Source: Myxococcales bacterium
GTDB taxonomy: Bacteria; Myxococcota; Myxococcia; Myxococcales; Anaeromyxobacteraceae
DNA: 15,960 nt
Direction of reading: 5' to 3'
Assembly: GCA_038320275.1 (NCBI GenBank)
Contig: JBBQEB010000085.1
Location: 1 to 15,960, forward strand
Positions 15,624 through 15,960 of the stretch are shown here, piece by piece; position 1 is the stretch's first letter, and each line of letters begins with the position of its first letter. A program made the translations under genes and the position numbers. The notes under the pieces are model-generated. The model was not told the DNA's origin. It saw only the letters and a list, made by a program, of their open reading frames with translations, and searched no databases.

Positions 15624-15704
15624 GTCGCACCTCTACCCTCGGACGGGGTGGCCGGATTAGAGTTGTCGTGCGCACCGGGCCGCTGCTAGCCCTTTCGCAT
15701 CCGG

Positions 15705-15960
15705 ATGAACCGCACCGTCCCCGCACTCGCCCTTCTGGGCCTGCTCGCCGCCGCCCTGCCCGCGCGCGCGGACCGGCTGTACACGTTCACGGACGGCGAC
15801 GGCGTGCTCCACGTCACCAACATCCCGCAGGACAGGCGATATCGCCCGGTCCGCCCGGCTCGAACCGTCACCGCGCCGGGTGGCGTGCACCGCATCACCA
15901 TCCGCGGCCACAGGCCGCCTCCGTCCCTGCGCCGCGCCACGCCTTGGGAGGATCACATCC
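15705..15960 (+). CDS. Secreted protein with DUF4124-like N-terminus, probably a lytic transglycosylase (partial, runs off window)
   Basis: Not in the ORF track because there is no stop. Translates MNRTVPALALLGLLAAALPARA|DRLYTFTDGDGVLHVTNIP..., i.e. a signal peptide plus the Y-x-x-x-D-x-x-G-x-x-H-x-T-N-x-P pattern. The SLT domain is inferred only; it would lie beyond the window. Confidence 0.7.
   Translation, partial: MNRTVPALALLGLLAAALPARADRLYTFTDGDGVLHVTNIPQDRRYRPVRPARTVTAPGGVHRITIRGHRPPPSLRRATPWEDHI

Noticed and set aside
315..15689. Many long alternate-frame and antisense ORFs (e.g. 315-1943, 4198-5913, 8393-9919, 11014-12507, 14049-15689)
   Set aside because: Expected from stop-codon scarcity in very high-GC DNA; low-complexity R/G/A/P translations overlapping well-supported genes.
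1..15960. CRISPR array, tRNA/rRNA, riboswitch or IS element
   Set aside because: Intergenic gaps are all under 160 nt, and I saw no spaced repeats, cloverleaf, transposase or terminal inverted repeats by eye; covariance-model searches were not run.

Overview
Very GC-rich bacterial DNA with myxobacterial character (Anaeromyxobacter-like, inferred from the MYXO-CTERM tag, bactofilin/PadC locus and HNH family). Contents in order: (1) the 3' part of a large HNH-endonuclease gene interrupted by two in-frame TAG codons; (2) a minus-strand three-gene operon encoding a 4-TM/4-His membrane protein, a YceI-family protein and a di-heme c lipoprotein; (3) asd coupled to an Asd/USG-like paralogue lacking the catalytic Cys; (4) an FN3/MYXO-CTERM surface protein plus an outer-membrane beta-barrel behind a sigma54-like promoter; (5) a Nit1-like amidase divergent from an excisionase-HTH/pseudo-receiver regulator; (6) a TPR protein, an alpha/beta hydrolase, two bactofilins, a PadC-like ParB-domain protein, pyrE and a lipoprotein; (7) nadB on the minus strand; (8) the start of a secreted DUF4124-type protein. 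The most novel-looking element is the putative cytochrome b561-like/YceI/di-heme cytochrome c redox module. All family calls come from motif recognition; no database searches were run.
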